Below, piece by piece: positions 11,595 through 24,229 of a DNA stretch of 64,000 nucleotides; positions within the stretch are counted from its first letter, which is position 1; each line of letters opens with the position of its first letter. A program made the translations under genes and the position numbers. The notes below the pieces were generated by a model. It saw only the letters and a program-made list of their open reading frames with translations, searched no databases and had not been told where the DNA came from. This DNA is from Euprymna scolopes (lineage: Eukaryota): the NCBI GenBank assembly GCA_053919585.1, contig CM132818.1; one strand, given 5' to 3'.

Positions 11595-12430
11595 GTTTTT
11601 TTTTAATCTATTGCATTTTTAACTCAGACAAGGCTACTATCTAGGGAATAATTTGCAGGGATACTATGTAGGGAGTTGAGCAGCGACATGTTTGTTTACC
11701 TTACTCTTGAACGTCTTCATGTCAATATAGTAAAGTAAGTAGGAACCCGGAAAGGAATTCCAAAGTCTAACACTCCAAGGGAAGAAACGATTAGAGTAGA
11801 AGGCTTTCTTACACTTGGAGATTTCTATTGTGTAGGGGTGGGACTTTGCTGCTTGTCGGGTTTATCAGGGGTATTTACGCCGAGGAGGTACAAGAGCTTG
11901 TAGCTTGTCGGATCACCTACTATTAAAATACTTATAAAACAGGCATTGGGATATAATAGTTCGTCGATAGGGCAGCGGTTGAAGCCTAGCTGTTAGTACG
12001 GGACCTATTAGATTGGTGACTCTCTTTTAAACCTTGTCTAAGAGTGAAAGACTAATAGCAGACCCACCAGCCCAAATGTGACAAAAATACTCCATACATG
12101 GGCGAATGATAGCCTTGTAGAGGTACAGGATACTCCAAGCATAAGTAACTTTCTAGCATGGTAGAGAGAGAGAGAGAGAGAGAAAGAGCGAGCCCACCTG
12201 ATTTGCAGCAGCCTTGGCAATGCCTTCAATATATCTGTTCCAACTTATGCTCACTGTGAACGTTAGGACGATGAGTTTGAACTAAGTACTTTCAGGTAAT
12301 GTATCATTAGTCATGGCTATAAGTGATTCAGAAAGTTTCTTGTATTTATTAAAAGACAGGAGCTTAGTCTAGGCAGCATTGAATATTACCATCTATTTGT
12401 GTTCCCATTCCACTATAGTCTGGATATTTC
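11595..12430 (-). mobile_element. CR1/Jockey-like LINE 3' fragment, degenerate
   Basis: Reverse strand encodes remnants of IRPCMEYFCHIWAG and EWEHK; A-rich tail near 11595. Confidence 0.8.
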
Positions 12431-13654
12431 TCTCTACGTTTTCCTCTATTGCCTTGGGTACGTGTTCATTCGTTCTACGTCCATGGTGTGAGTTGTGCTG
12501 TTGGATTCACTTCAATAAGCTCTTTTACAAAAATCTTAGCAAGTGCAAACCTTCTCTCTAACATACAATCGCGCTTCGGTTTCGACGGGGATTAGTACTC
12601 GGCCGGAATATTCTGATGTGCCTGTGGGTATATCTCGTATAAGCGATCTCAATTAGACCTTTGAGCCGCGTGCTCGTTTTCTCCTTCAGCGTTTTCTTAT
12701 TCTCGTTCAATTCTCTACTTGTCTGGTGATTTTTTAGCTGAGTCGAACACTTTATACTGAGGAAATGGGGTGGTTTGGGTGAAACACGACTTATCAAATA
12801 CTAGTTAGAAAATTCCACTTCATCTCCGGCCCTTAAACATGTGTCCATCTCAATCGAACAGGTACATTTATCTTCGCTGTGAGATACAACCATTCTCACG
12901 GAAACAGAACATAGTTCAACTTTGGGTCATACTTGACACAACCCTTTGACATCAACCTTTCAGTACGACTTGTTTTAACAATAATAATTCCCTCTCCATT
13001 TTGATTTAGGATTTGACGAATCCAAAAATGAATTGTAGATTCCATTGTTTGGGAATGTCAACCGACGAACAATGTATATAATATGTAAATGAACATGGTT
13101 TAAAGTTATACGCCGTCGAGTTTAGAATAGCCCCTAGGTTCAATCTCAGCCTAAATAATTTTGTACAGCTAAACGATTATATCACACAAACTCATTTTTT
13201 GTCGCACGAGAGTGTACACAGTTCGTCAACTTCAAACTGTAAGAATAAATGACGACTTTATTATTTACCAAGCTACTGGCATAATAATAACGTACTTCAC
13301 TAAAGTCTAGTTAAAATACATAACTTTGTTAAAAAAAAAAAAAAAAAAAAAAAACGTGTATCTAATATCAGGTTCTTTCGATTTCTGTAAATTTGGTTAA
13401 TAGATTCGTTCGATAACTGAGAGCTTGTCAAACTCGATAAATATTTTAATTTACAAAGAAAGAAAAAAAAAGAAAAAAAAGGAAATCCTACACAAACACG
13501 ATCATTATTTTTGGAGAGGAAATCTTAGAATCTGCGAGACACATCAATTCGGGTGGAATCTTTTATTAAATAAACCGTATATTCGTATATTGATGACATT
13601 AGATTTCATAATATTCACACCTGCGTGCCTCAAGGATGAATTTTGTATCAGTCA

Positions 13655-14915
13655 TTCTTAATGATCTTCATGAATTATTTGTGATATTCTAAGATTATTC
13701 TTTGATAGTTATGCAAATGAAACAGCAATATATGGCAATACTCCGAAGAGCATTAATTATTAAGATAATCCTGATTGCCTTTCCTCCGACATGCAACACG
13801 TCGTGAAGTCGGTAAAAAAAAAATGGGTGATTACTTTTAATACATCTAAAAACCAGTTTGACGGCATAATATATTGGCACACCGATTCCTGTTAGATCAC
13901 CGAAGTTAAGCAACGTTGAGTTTGGTCATTACTAAAATGGGTGACCAATTTGGGAATTCCAGGTGCTGTATGTAGGAGGACGACGACCGCCCCCCCTCTT
14001 ACAAGATTTGCAAAAACTTAATTTCGTCATCTCCCCTAACGGGGGGCCGCTTGTGAATTCCATACTCCCATAGAACTTCCTCCTTTAGAGGAAGCTGATT
14101 AAACCCGAATAGGGTTAGTGCTGTTTCACACACAAAAGCAGTTTTTCTCCTTCCATCACCAACGTTCGGTTCTTCACTAAAATAAATGGATCTCTCTTTG
14201 ATGAAGCCCTTTAATTTGATGAGCTTCTATGAATTATTTCACTCCTAACCTGAAATGGAAAAATTACATCAAATCTGTTTCTAAGGTCGCTTGAAAAACT
14301 TGTTGGATCATTCTACTGCTCCAGAAATTATTTCACTCATGACGGAATTTTCCAATTTTACAAAAACCAAATACGTGCTAAGATGGAGTATCTTTGCCAA
14401 ATCTGGGAAGGTGCAGCTCAGGCATTCTTTTCTACCTAGACAATAAAAACCCCACTTCAAAATCTAGTGGTGGAACTCTTCTTCTTCTCCTTATAGCCTT
14501 TTTTTCTCACTGAGTGAAGTGCTTTTATTCTTTCTTTATTCTATCGTTATTTTCATGGTAGCAGTCTTGCTTCTCCATAAAATATACACAACAAAAGCTC
14601 ATCAAACCACAACGAGATAAATAATGTCAATTTTCTTCTCTTTGTGCTTAAAACTAAACATGGTTTCCACGCACAAAGTTTCTTTCCAAGTGGAATACAA
14701 TATTACGGAACTGCTTGACGGCTGACTACAACATGATTGTTTAAAAATTCAATATAAACGAATTCTTGTTGACCAGTGCTTTCAAATAATCGAATTCTGC
14801 CCCGTTTTAATCATGTTTCGCAATCTTCGACGGGTTTGTTTCATTGTCCACCCAACAAACTCTTATCCTCGAATGTCTTTGGGCCTTGATAAATGATGAT
14901 TCATCGGTACATAAA
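13655..14915 (+). mobile_element. CR1/Jockey-like LINE RT fragment interrupted by a 5S-derived SINE
   Basis: Degenerate NDL..SYANET (YADD region), KWVITFNTSK, QIRAKMEYLCQIWEGA, and 3' UTR CTTATCCTCGAATG..GGGCCTTGATAA. Confidence 0.75.
13857..14090 (+). mobile_element. 5S rRNA-derived SINE (SINE3-like), copy 2
   Basis: CACCGATTCCTGTTAGATCACCGAAGTTAAGCAACGTTGAG..GGTCATTACT..ATGGGTGACC..TGGGAATTCCAGGTGCTGTA matches the metazoan 5S rRNA pattern. Body shared with 7850-8090. Confidence 0.8.
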
Positions 14916-14939
14916 TAAGATCCAGGATACAAGAAGTTC

Positions 14940-15410
14940 ACATCTCTGTGACCAATTTCTTTAGTGGCATACGCAGTGTAAACGATCGCTTTAACATGCT
15001 GAAAAGTTTAATACCATCAATGGCAACATCTCAAAGGCCAGCAACGACCAAGATTTCCCTGAGTCTCTCTCCTCCGACCTTGTGCACGTGGCGCAATTGG
15101 GCAAAAGGCTTGCTCGTTAATTCTAACGCATCCAAAACCAAACTTCTATGTTTTCACTCTCAATACTCTGATCCCCACTTTGTTCCAATTGATATGAATG
15201 GCTCGTCTCAAGGTAGTTCACAACTTCAACAAGCTCCTGGCCTGAAATAGAAGATCTACATCAAATCAGTTGCCAAGGTCGCTGGGGAAATGGTTTCATC
15301 ATTCTACCGCTCCAGAAAGTATCTCAATTCTGACGGAATCCCCTAGCTTTGCAAATACGTCCTAAAATGGAGTATTTATGCAATATCTGAGGAGGGGCTG
15401 CTCGGAGCAT
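14940..15410 (+). mobile_element. CR1/Jockey-like LINE RT fragment
   Basis: WAKGLLVNSNASKTKLL...YIKSVAKVAG; homologous to 16520-17007. Confidence 0.8.
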
Positions 15411-15418
15411 CATATCCT

Positions 15419-15790
15419 TCTTTTTTTTTTACATGGTAGTTAACACTTATCAAGGCCCGGAAGCAACTCGGGGATAACGCTTAATGGGTATACATTGTGT
15501 ACAGTAATTAATGGGATAATATCGTAGTAATCATTAGTATTGGGGGGTTGATAGAGGATCTTACTTAACGGGACGGTTTATCAGGAATTTGTTTATGTTG
15601 GACTTGAAGGCATCAAAGTTGTAGTCAGGTGGGAAACAGGCAAACGGAAGAGAGTTCCACTGGCGTGCACATCTAAAAAAGAAGTTTTGATTTAGGCACA
15701 GATAAAGAGTGGGGAAAATTATTGACAGTGGTTTCAGCTAGACGGGCGTTTTTCGTGAAAGATTGATAGAGTTCAACCGGCTTCAAAAGC
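15419..15790 (-). mobile_element. LINE 3' end with poly(A)
   Basis: T-run followed by ACATGGTAGTTAACACTTATCAAGGCCCGG; reverse strand encodes WNSLPFACFPPDYNFDAFKSNINK. Confidence 0.85.
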
Positions 15791-15796
15791 TAGTAG

Positions 15797-16126
15797 ATGA
15801 TGCCCCTTTCTCTTCCCTGCAACCTCTTTTCCACAGAATAGATGTTGCGAGCCTATTTCTGTTCTATAGTTATTTTCATAAGCTTCAATCTATAGTTATT
15901 TTCATAAGTTTCAATCTATAGTTACCCCTGCCAAATTTTTACAAAAGCACTCGTCTAGTTACAACCACTACCAACAATTTCTCCAGCTTTTTTACTTGTG
16001 ACTAAAACTAAATGCAAATTCCATGAACAACGCGTTTTTCCTAGAACTGCTTGCGTGTGGAGCTCTGTTCCGCTTGCCTGTTTTCCAGCTAACTGCAACA
16101 TTGCCGTTTTAAAGTTTGATGTAAAC
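15797..16126 (+). mobile_element. LINE 3' fragment
   Basis: FSSLQPLFHRIDVASLFLFYSYFH; homologous to 2610-2930. Confidence 0.8.
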
Positions 16127-16222
16127 ACCGGTAAATATATTAGATGAAATGTGCTGATTTAATATCTGCGCTTAGTTTTGCTTTTTCATAAACAATTTAG
16201 CTGTTTTGGCGAGACATATCTA

Positions 16223-16388
16223 CAGGGTGGAACGATAAAAGTGTCGCCATATAAAACACCAAAATAAATGCGTAACAGGTCCTGCTAGTATTAAAATAAA
16301 ATGTGTATGTTGCACATTTGAAGCCAACTTACAACGCGGGGATTTTATAAAATCAACAAACGTGTATTTGTTGAAGATTTTTTTTATA
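16223..16388 (+). mobile_element. Tc1-like/MITE left end
   Basis: TA-CAGGGTGG terminus like that of 52911; no partner TIR seen. Confidence 0.4.
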
Positions 16389-16389
16389 A

Positions 16390-16515
16390 TTAGCAAAGAT
16401 ATCCGCGCTTCGCGTGGGACTTTGCTGTATGCTCGGGTACCCGCGAAGCGGGACTCTGAGCGTAAAGCAAAGCACCGACCTTGACCTTTGACCTTGACAT
16501 TGGAAATGGTGTGCA
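16390..16515 (-). mobile_element. Helitron-like 3' end fragment
   Basis: Reverse-strand hairpin CCACGCGAAGCGCGG followed by ATATCTTTGCTA; internal GACCTTGACCTTTGACCTTGAC repeats. Confidence 0.45.
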
Positions 16516-16519
16516 CCGT

Positions 16520-18115
16520 CCTTGTATTCTGTGAGATAGAGGTTGCAGGGAAGAGAAAAGGACATCTCCTACCAGGCTACGAAGTCTATTTTGAACTCTA
16601 TCAAGGCAGGACAAGTCCTTTCTAGCAGCTCCTGCCCATATGTGGCAACAGTATTCCACCCTTGGACGTACCTGGCTCTTACATCGATAGAGAATTGCAT
16701 CAGCAGTGAGATATCTACTGGATCGATAGAAAGATCCCACCATTTTTCCAGCGGCCTTGGCAACAGATTTGATGTACGTGTTCCATTTAAGATCAGGAGT
16801 AATGGTCAAGCCAAGAAGCTTGTCAAAACTTGAGGCCTCCTGAAGACGAGAGGCACCCATTTCAATTGATGCCAGATGTGGACCAGAATGTTGATTATGT
16901 AAAGATAGAAGCTTGGTTTTAGATGCATTAAAAGTAACCAGCCACTCCTTTCCCCATTGTACTACGTGCTCAAGATCAGAGGAGAGAGATGGTAGTGTCA
17001 TCAGCATACATGTCTACAAATGATGTAAGGATGTGATTTGGAAGATCATTAATGTAGATCAGGAAAAGAGTTGGGCCCAGGATGGACCCCTGAGGGACAC
17101 CAGCATTAATACTGTGAGCTTCTGATTTTTGCCCCTAAACTACTATTCTTATGAACCTATCAGAAAGAAATGATTTAATAATTGAGAAGACATTTCCAGC
17201 TATACCTAGCTATAGCTAGCTAGAGATCTTGTGAAGTAAACCTTTATGCCATACCCTATCAAAGGCCTTAGATATGTCAAGAGCAATTGCCCTAGAAAGG
17301 TTGCCTCCGTTGAGAGATTTGCTAATCCTGTGAGATATAACTGTAAGCACATCTGCTGTAAATCTAGCAGAACGGAAACCATATTGAGTGTCACTAAGAA
17401 GCTTATTTTTGTTGAGATGGTTGATTACTTCTCTATTTAACACAGATTCCAGCAACTTACTCATGATGCACAGGAGACTTATTGGCCTGTACTGAGAGGG
17501 AGATTAGCGATCACCTGAATTCTTAAATACAAGACATACTGATGAAATTTTCCAGGGTGATGGGAAGCTATTCTCCTTAAGACAACGTTTAAAGAGTTTT
17601 GTAAGTATGGGCGCTAGTTCTGGTTGAAGTTTTTTTAGTACTATGATTGGAATACCGTCAGGGCCAGTTGCTTTACTGGAATCAAGGTTTTTGATTAGCT
17701 TGGCAACACCACGTACAGATATATGTATATCACATAGCGTGTTTTCTTACACAGGAGGAAATATTGGGGGTTGGTTGCCTTGGTCGCAAAGGGTAGAATT
17801 AGCTGCAAAGTTCTTGGCAAAGAGTTTGGCTTTGTCTGATGCTGACGAGATTACCTCAGGTCCATTGATGATAGCTGGGATAGAGCACACGCTTCTGTTC
17901 AGGATTCTGTTTGCTATTTGCCAAAACTGGTGGGAACCAAGTCGCTGCTCAGCTACTTTGGACTTGACGGATTGAGCATACAACTCTCTTGCGTTCTTTA
18001 TTACTTTTTACAATGGTTGCTGGCAGTCCTGAAAGCGGCTTTAGTTTCCATACATCTATTACGTTGGAAGCAATGGAAAAAGTGATTTCTGTGCGCAATG
18101 GCAGCAGCACATTCT
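16520..18115 (-). pseudogene. Disrupted ORF2 (reverse transcriptase) of a CR1/Jockey-like non-LTR retrotransposon
   Basis: RT motifs across frames: [96 protein letters not shown]. Multiple stops and frameshifts. Confidence 0.95.
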
Positions 18116-18648
18116 GTTAGGTTTTTGCTTAGTGGTTCTTTATTTTCTGAACCCATTTTATGTTTTGTGTTTGTTATAATGTTCATACTCGTGCGTATGG
18201 ATGCGATATGTGTATCTTCGACATACCTTTATCTTTTCTGCTCACTGGACCTGATCCATCCTGACTTCATCTCGTTTTTGGAAGAGGCTGGAACCTTCGG
18301 GAGGAAACACATTGACCCCAACTGATGATTGGTTTTCATATTAGTTTTTATTTCACTTTCCAGGATGTCGCGCAGAAGAATAGAAAGTGAGTTCCTTTGT
18401 TTCTGTTCTTAACAGTCTACATTGAGAGACACGTCACTCCTTCGCAATGGGGGAGGAGAGACAATCGTAAAGCCCAACATCTCTGTTTCAATTCCAAGTT
18501 CCAACTCCTCTGATCTCCAACTAACCTGACTCACACATAGATCCGATCAGCTGACCAGACCTTCTGGTAAACTCGTCTATGATCTAGCTTTGTCATATTT
18601 TGACAGGTTTTATGAACATTCATTATATCCATCTCTTGTCTACCTCTC

Positions 18649-18649
18649 C

Positions 18650-18713
<64 letters not shown>
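18649..18713. repeat. (GATA)n microsatellite
   Basis: Directly visible. Confidence 0.95.
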
Positions 18714-18714
<1 letters not shown>

Positions 18715-18754
18715 TCGATGATAGAAAATTTATTCTGTTCTACCTATTTCATAA

Positions 18755-18910
18755 CAACACAAGGAGACTTCTATGGGACCTTTCAAAAGTTGTTTATACG
18801 GTACAATAATGCATTGTAGCCGGAGGAGATTACTTCGAAGGGGACTCGAATTTCATGTGTGTACTATCAATAAAGTTGTCTACACAAAAAGTCTGGAAAC
18901 CTATAGAAGT
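18755..18910 (+). mobile_element. Mariner 3' fragment (family of 63092-63880)
   Basis: Reverse-complement homology to 63092-63255, including GGAGATTACTTCGAAGGGGAC. Confidence 0.8.
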
Positions 18911-20873
18911 CATATAAATAAAGATTCGGTTTGAAATTCCATGTAAATTCACCAATTCGATAGAACTGTTCAAGAGACAAATACACCCAAAGATAAAAAC
19001 AGCCTTTCCTTTCTCCAACTTTAAAACATGGCAAGAAAGAAGAAAAGAAAACGAAATAAAACAACATACTGAGGATGGAGTGTAGCTCCGAAATATATTT
19101 ATGTTATAAATTTCACACAAGTAAAATATTTGTTTATTTTCCTAACATTACGTTGTGATTTGGCTTTCAAGCGGACTTGACGCGTATTTTATTTTATTCA
19201 ACTTAAATCGACGTTTCCATATGGAACTCACACTCTTGACAACACCTAAAGATAGTTGGGGGGGCTCACAGGGGGTATACGTTGTGAGGCTAATACTTTT
19301 TTAAGTTCGTTGTTGTACGTTGTCAATAAAAATTAATTATTTTGTGAATCTTACTTTTGATATTGCCTTGTTCTCGACAAGGTAACATTTTTAGCGAATG
19401 GCGTAGCTGAAAAAAAATCAGGTATTATTGATTTAAGCGAGATTACACATTCTTTATTTTTTCTTTTTTTTGGGGGGGGGGAATATTTACAGTCGATTTT
19501 TTTTTTTTTTCCTAATAGGCTTCCAATTGTTTCATGATTGTATTGGAACACGGTGACATCTTAGTGTGCGGCACCGAAGGTCGAGACAACCCATAGGAAG
19601 TGCCACCAGACATTCGACGACTTCAACAGATTTATTTTTGTGAATACCGGATTCCTTGTCGAGGAAACCTATCAGTGTAATTAGTGAATACACGGCGATG
19701 ATAACACCGATGGAACGGGCAGGGTGGATAGAAAGAGAGGTGGAAGAGGGAGAGGGGAGGTTGAGACAGATAGAGAGAGGGAAAGCGGGGGGATGACGAT
19801 GGGGAAGAAAGGACGGATTCGGATGGGGAGAGTGCATCACGCCGGAGACGGCACGAGATTTGGCAAGCAAATCACGCACGAGCGTGACTTACGCACGAAC
19901 AGAAAAAAAAAAAACTGTCGTGAGTTTTGTAAGGAAGTAATAGTTAGATGCAGAAGGTGTAGGGTGAAGGTAGAGAGATGCAAGAGGTTTTCATTGGTTG
20001 ATATTTATCACGTGAAAGGAGAGAGGACGTGTTTGAAACATATGCACTGTTGTTAGAGATATGAAGTTAGATAGATAGATAGATAGATAGATAGAGAGTA
20101 CATTTGGTTTGGTTGATTTGTTTTACGGCATATCAACTCTTTTCGGGTTATTTAATACCGAATCCAGTTATTTTGGAAACAGTATTGCATGTTGCATCCA
20201 GTAATTTTGTAGGTTTTTTTCTTCAAGCTCTTTGTATTTTCAATCGCTAGTTTGTAGTGTTTGGTTTGGTTGTTTTATAGTGGATTTTATCGTTTTTGTC
20301 TCCTGTACTGCAGAACATGAATGAGTTTTGCAATGGGAGAGGGAAAAGTGTTACAGTATTAATGTTTGGTACATTTTAAGTTAGGAAACCAGTCAAGAAG
20401 TCAGGGAGATAGAAAGAGAAAAGAAAATTGAGAAGAAGGGGGGGAAGACGGGTTATTTTTTTGTTTTTGGCTTTGCAGAACATAATTAAATTTTGCAAAA
20501 GGAAGTAGAAAAACAAAAAAGCATAAATGCTAGGTGCGTTTCGTCTCGGGAAGCCAATATCTTCAGACAGCCTGGTCTGGTAGCACCAGGAGAGGGAGGG
20601 AGGGAGAGAGGCAGGGATAATATGAGAGAGAAAGAGGGATTAGAAGATAAAGAAAGAGTGGAAGTAGGGGAAATTGGAAATAGTGAGAAACAAAATGATA
20701 ACAGAGGGAGAGAAAGGGGAAGGAGAACTACAAATAGATGCGGGGAGGAGCAGAAAAAGAAAAAAGGAGGAATTATAGATAATATGAATAAGGGGAAGAT
20801 AATGAAGAAAATGGTAAAAGTAACTTTTTCTGTGTGAAAAAAGAGAGGAAAAGAAAGATAGGGTGACATCTTC

Positions 20874-21303
20874 TCTAATATAAATCTCACGTGTTTGTTT
20901 AAATGTATGTATGTATGTATGTATGTATGTATTTATGTATGTATGCCTAAAACTTTTGACAGAGACGACAGATTTTCACGAGATTGGTATCGTTTTGAAA
21001 CTCGACGTCTCGGACAACTAATATCGAAAAAATTGGCCAAAAACATTAATTCATTCACCCTCAGCTGGGCATTTTTATACATGGCGGTATATTTTCAATT
21101 GACTGGCCTTATATAAACCTTCGCCACTTCCAGTTTGGCGATGAACGCAACGGTAAAAACGTTGTTTTTTTTCTGTTGTTGTCACGTTCTTTTCCTCCTT
21201 CGTCGTACGGATTCGAGCTTGCCTGCCTACTACCACTTCTTTCTCTTTCTTTTGCTCAACGTACACCTCCAAACAACCGGGCAACGCCGGGCATCCAGGC
21301 TAG
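20874..21303 (+). mobile_element. Non-autonomous Helitron
   Basis: 5' TC, (TGTA)n module, 3' hairpin CCGGGCAACGCCGG and CTAG-T terminus. Confidence 0.85.
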
Positions 21304-21461
21304 TATTTGATAACATTCACACTCTTTTCCACACTCGAATCATATTGAATTCAAATATACTTAAGTCTTTGTTAACTTGTAGGCATAGTTGCAATCATGA
21401 AACTAAGTGTGGTTATGGTTTGGTTTCGGTTTCGATTCTAACTGATAGCACTAAAATCATC

Positions 21462-21612
21462 TTAGCAAAGTTTTCGATATTTGTCGTCCGAAGGGTCGTG
21501 CTTCAAAATGATACCAATCTCATGAAAATCCGTCACCTCTGTCGAAAGTTTTAGGCAGCCAGAGATACATGCATACATACATATCTATATAGAGGTAAGA
21601 TCTATATTATAA
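21462..21612 (-). mobile_element. 5' fragment of the same Helitron family, inverted relative to 20874-21045
   Basis: TTTTCGATATTTGTCGTCCGAAGGGTCG...GAAAGTTTTAGGCA is shared with 48744-48830. Confidence 0.75.
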
Positions 21613-22012
21613 ATAAGGTAGTTTCTATCACAACAATGTTTTTTTAGAGACAAGATGCAAGCAAGGGCGGTCAGGGGGTTTAAGAATTATATATCTGTAT
21701 CCCTATATATTAGTGGCCTGACAAAGTTACATGGGAAATTACTTAACAAAAAAAAAACCTAAACAAAAATCATCCCAAAACAACAAAACTGAAGCTAGCC
21801 TATATATACAAATGTAGGCAAATGTGGGCATATTTTATTGGTTTGAAAATATAGGTTCTTTTTTACCAATTGCCATAGAATTTTTAGACATAGAATAGTA
21901 TTATAATCTTTAAAAATCCTCCAAATTTGTATGCAGTTTCATCACATAAAACAAAAGATATAAGCATTTCAATATTCAATTTGGCTACTAATATATATAT
22001 ATCTCTTCTTCT

Positions 22013-22694
22013 TCTCTATATAAATAAAATGAACTCATTTTTCCCGTCGGATTTTGACCTTAATAGGATTAAAAATCAAGATATTTCATGCAAATATAAT
22101 ATGCACAAACGGCAGAACAATATCTGAGGTGTGTTATAGGCTTATTATTTATCAAATTCCTCGATAATCTTAGATTTCTATACTTTTTCTGCTGTGAAGT
22201 CACGGCCAAAATCGGTTAAGATCAATGGAAGTGGTAAAATATTTTCTCTCTAATAAATTCCTCCTCCCCCTGCCACCACTTAACACCGTTTGGGGATCGT
22301 TCACAAGGAACAGTTGAGAAGAGAACACCGGTTTGGCTTCGTAGTTCTTTCATGTAAAGTTATTTAAAATCACTAAGCTAAGCCGCGGTGCTCTGTGGCG
22401 TAGTGGTTAGCGTGCTGGACAAACACATTATATTTTCACGTTCGCGCCGACCTACCGTAGTCGTTTTTTTTGTTTTTTTTTTTCCTAAACAACTGGAATG
22501 GACTTTTCTTGGTGGCCGAACTGTTAACGTTGCAGATGTTTTTGTTTTTTTTTGTTTTTTTTCACACTTTATTTTCCTACTTTTACTCATGACTCCGGGT
22601 TTGATCCTTCCTATTTACCTACCATAACATTTTTTAAAACTCCCCCCCCCGTCCCGGAAACAAACACTCGGGCAACGCCGGGTACCCCCGCTAG
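22013..22694 (+). mobile_element. Non-autonomous Helitron, tandem copy 1
   Basis: TC start, 3' hairpin CGGGCAACGCCGG and CTAG end; near-identical to 22699-23384. Confidence 0.9.
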
Positions 22695-22698
22695 TATA

Positions 22699-23383
22699 TC
22701 TCTATATAAATAAAATGAACTCATTTTTCCCGTCGGATTTTGACCTTAATAGGATTAAAAATCAAGATATTTCATGCAAATATAATATGCACAAACGGCA
22801 GAACAATATCTGAGGTGTGTTATAGGCTTATTATTTATCAAATTCCTCGATAATCTTAGATTTCTATACTTTTTCTGCTGTGAAGTCACGGCCAAAATCG
22901 GTTAAGATCAATGGAAGTGGTAAAATATTTTCTCTCTAATAAATTCCTCCTCCCCCTGCCACCACTTAACACCGTTTGGGGATCGTTCACAAGGAACAGT
23001 TGAGAAGAGAACACCGGTTTGGCTTCGTAGTTCTTTCATGTAAAGTTATTTAAAATCACTAAGCTAAGCCGCGGTGCTCTGTGGCGTAGTGGTTAGCGTG
23101 CTGGACAATTCACATTATATTTTCACGTTCGCGCCGACCTACCGTAGTCGTTTTTTTTGTTTGTTTTTTTTCCTAAACAACTGGAATGGACTTTTCTTGG
23201 TGGCCGAACTGTTAACGTTGCAGATGTTTTTGTTTTTTTTTGTTTTTTTTTCACACTTTATTTTCCTACTTTTACTCATGACTCCGGGTTTGATCCTTCC
23301 TATTTACCTACCATAACATTTTTTAAAACTCCCCCCCCCCGTCCCGGAAACAAACACTCGGGCAACGCCGGGTACCCCCGCTA

Positions 23384-23384
<1 letters not shown>
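22699..23384 (+). mobile_element. Non-autonomous Helitron, tandem copy 2
   Basis: Head-to-tail junction CTAG-TATA-TC; ends in CTAG followed by (TA)n. Confidence 0.9.
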
Positions 23385-23447
<63 letters not shown>

Positions 23448-23689
23448 TCACGTGTATATAGAGTGTCACGTGCAAGTGGAGAAGGAAAACAACAGAGTTA
23501 TGCAAATTTTGTGTCGAGAATTGTCTAAAGTTCCGACTTTTTTTGGCTTTCACTTCACAATAAGAACGTGAATTTATGAGGTGAATTTATTCGACACAAT
23601 ATGATTCAACTCAAAAAAAAAAATAAATAAGAGTTAACGTGAATTAAGATTAAAGTTTAGATGTTATTGTGGACCCTCACCCCTTTTAA

Positions 23690-24163
23690 AAAAACTTGTT
23701 AAACTTTGTGACATATTTACATTCTATGGAGGTCAGGCGCGAACGAACACCCCATAATTTTATTATAACATATTTCTTAAAACTGAAACATAATTATCAA
23801 AGTATACTTACGCAGATAGATATGAAAAGTCTTTATTAAAGTTTGTGCCTATTCCCATTCTATGGAGGCCAGGCGCGAACGCAGACCCCACAAGTTTATT
23901 ATACCATCCCTATTTAAGTTAAAACATATTTATCAGAGTATTCTTATGTACATCTATATCAAAAACACTTGTAAAATTGCTTTTTAATTTTTTAATTTTT
24001 TATTTCCATATTTTGTGAACCAGGCGCGAACGCAGGCCCCACAATTTAAATGAACCACCGTTTTGCATGATCAAACATACACATTCCTGTATCGATACAT
24101 CTTCTATCTTTATATGCAATCAGTTTTTTAAGATAGTCAACCTTATAGGAGCCTATTCGTGAC

Positions 24164-24194
<31 letters not shown>

Positions 24195-24229
24195 ACACAC
24201 ACACACACACACTTAGCTTTATATTATAG
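23690..24229 (-). mobile_element. Helitron-like 5' portion with internal ~140-150-bp subrepeats
   Basis: Reverse strand starts TCTATAATATAAAG followed by (TG)n. Three CAGGCGCGAACG..CCCA motifs near 23733, 23870 and 24021. Confidence 0.55.

Noticed and set aside
13857-13972. Functional 5S rRNA gene
   Set aside because: Many substitutions and indels, no oligo-T terminator at the 5S end, not in an array, and nested in a LINE.
16997-17005. CTGATGA on the minus strand as a hammerhead core
   Set aside because: It is the YADD-encoding sequence (TATGCTGATGAC) of the LINE RT, with no stem II or GAAA following.
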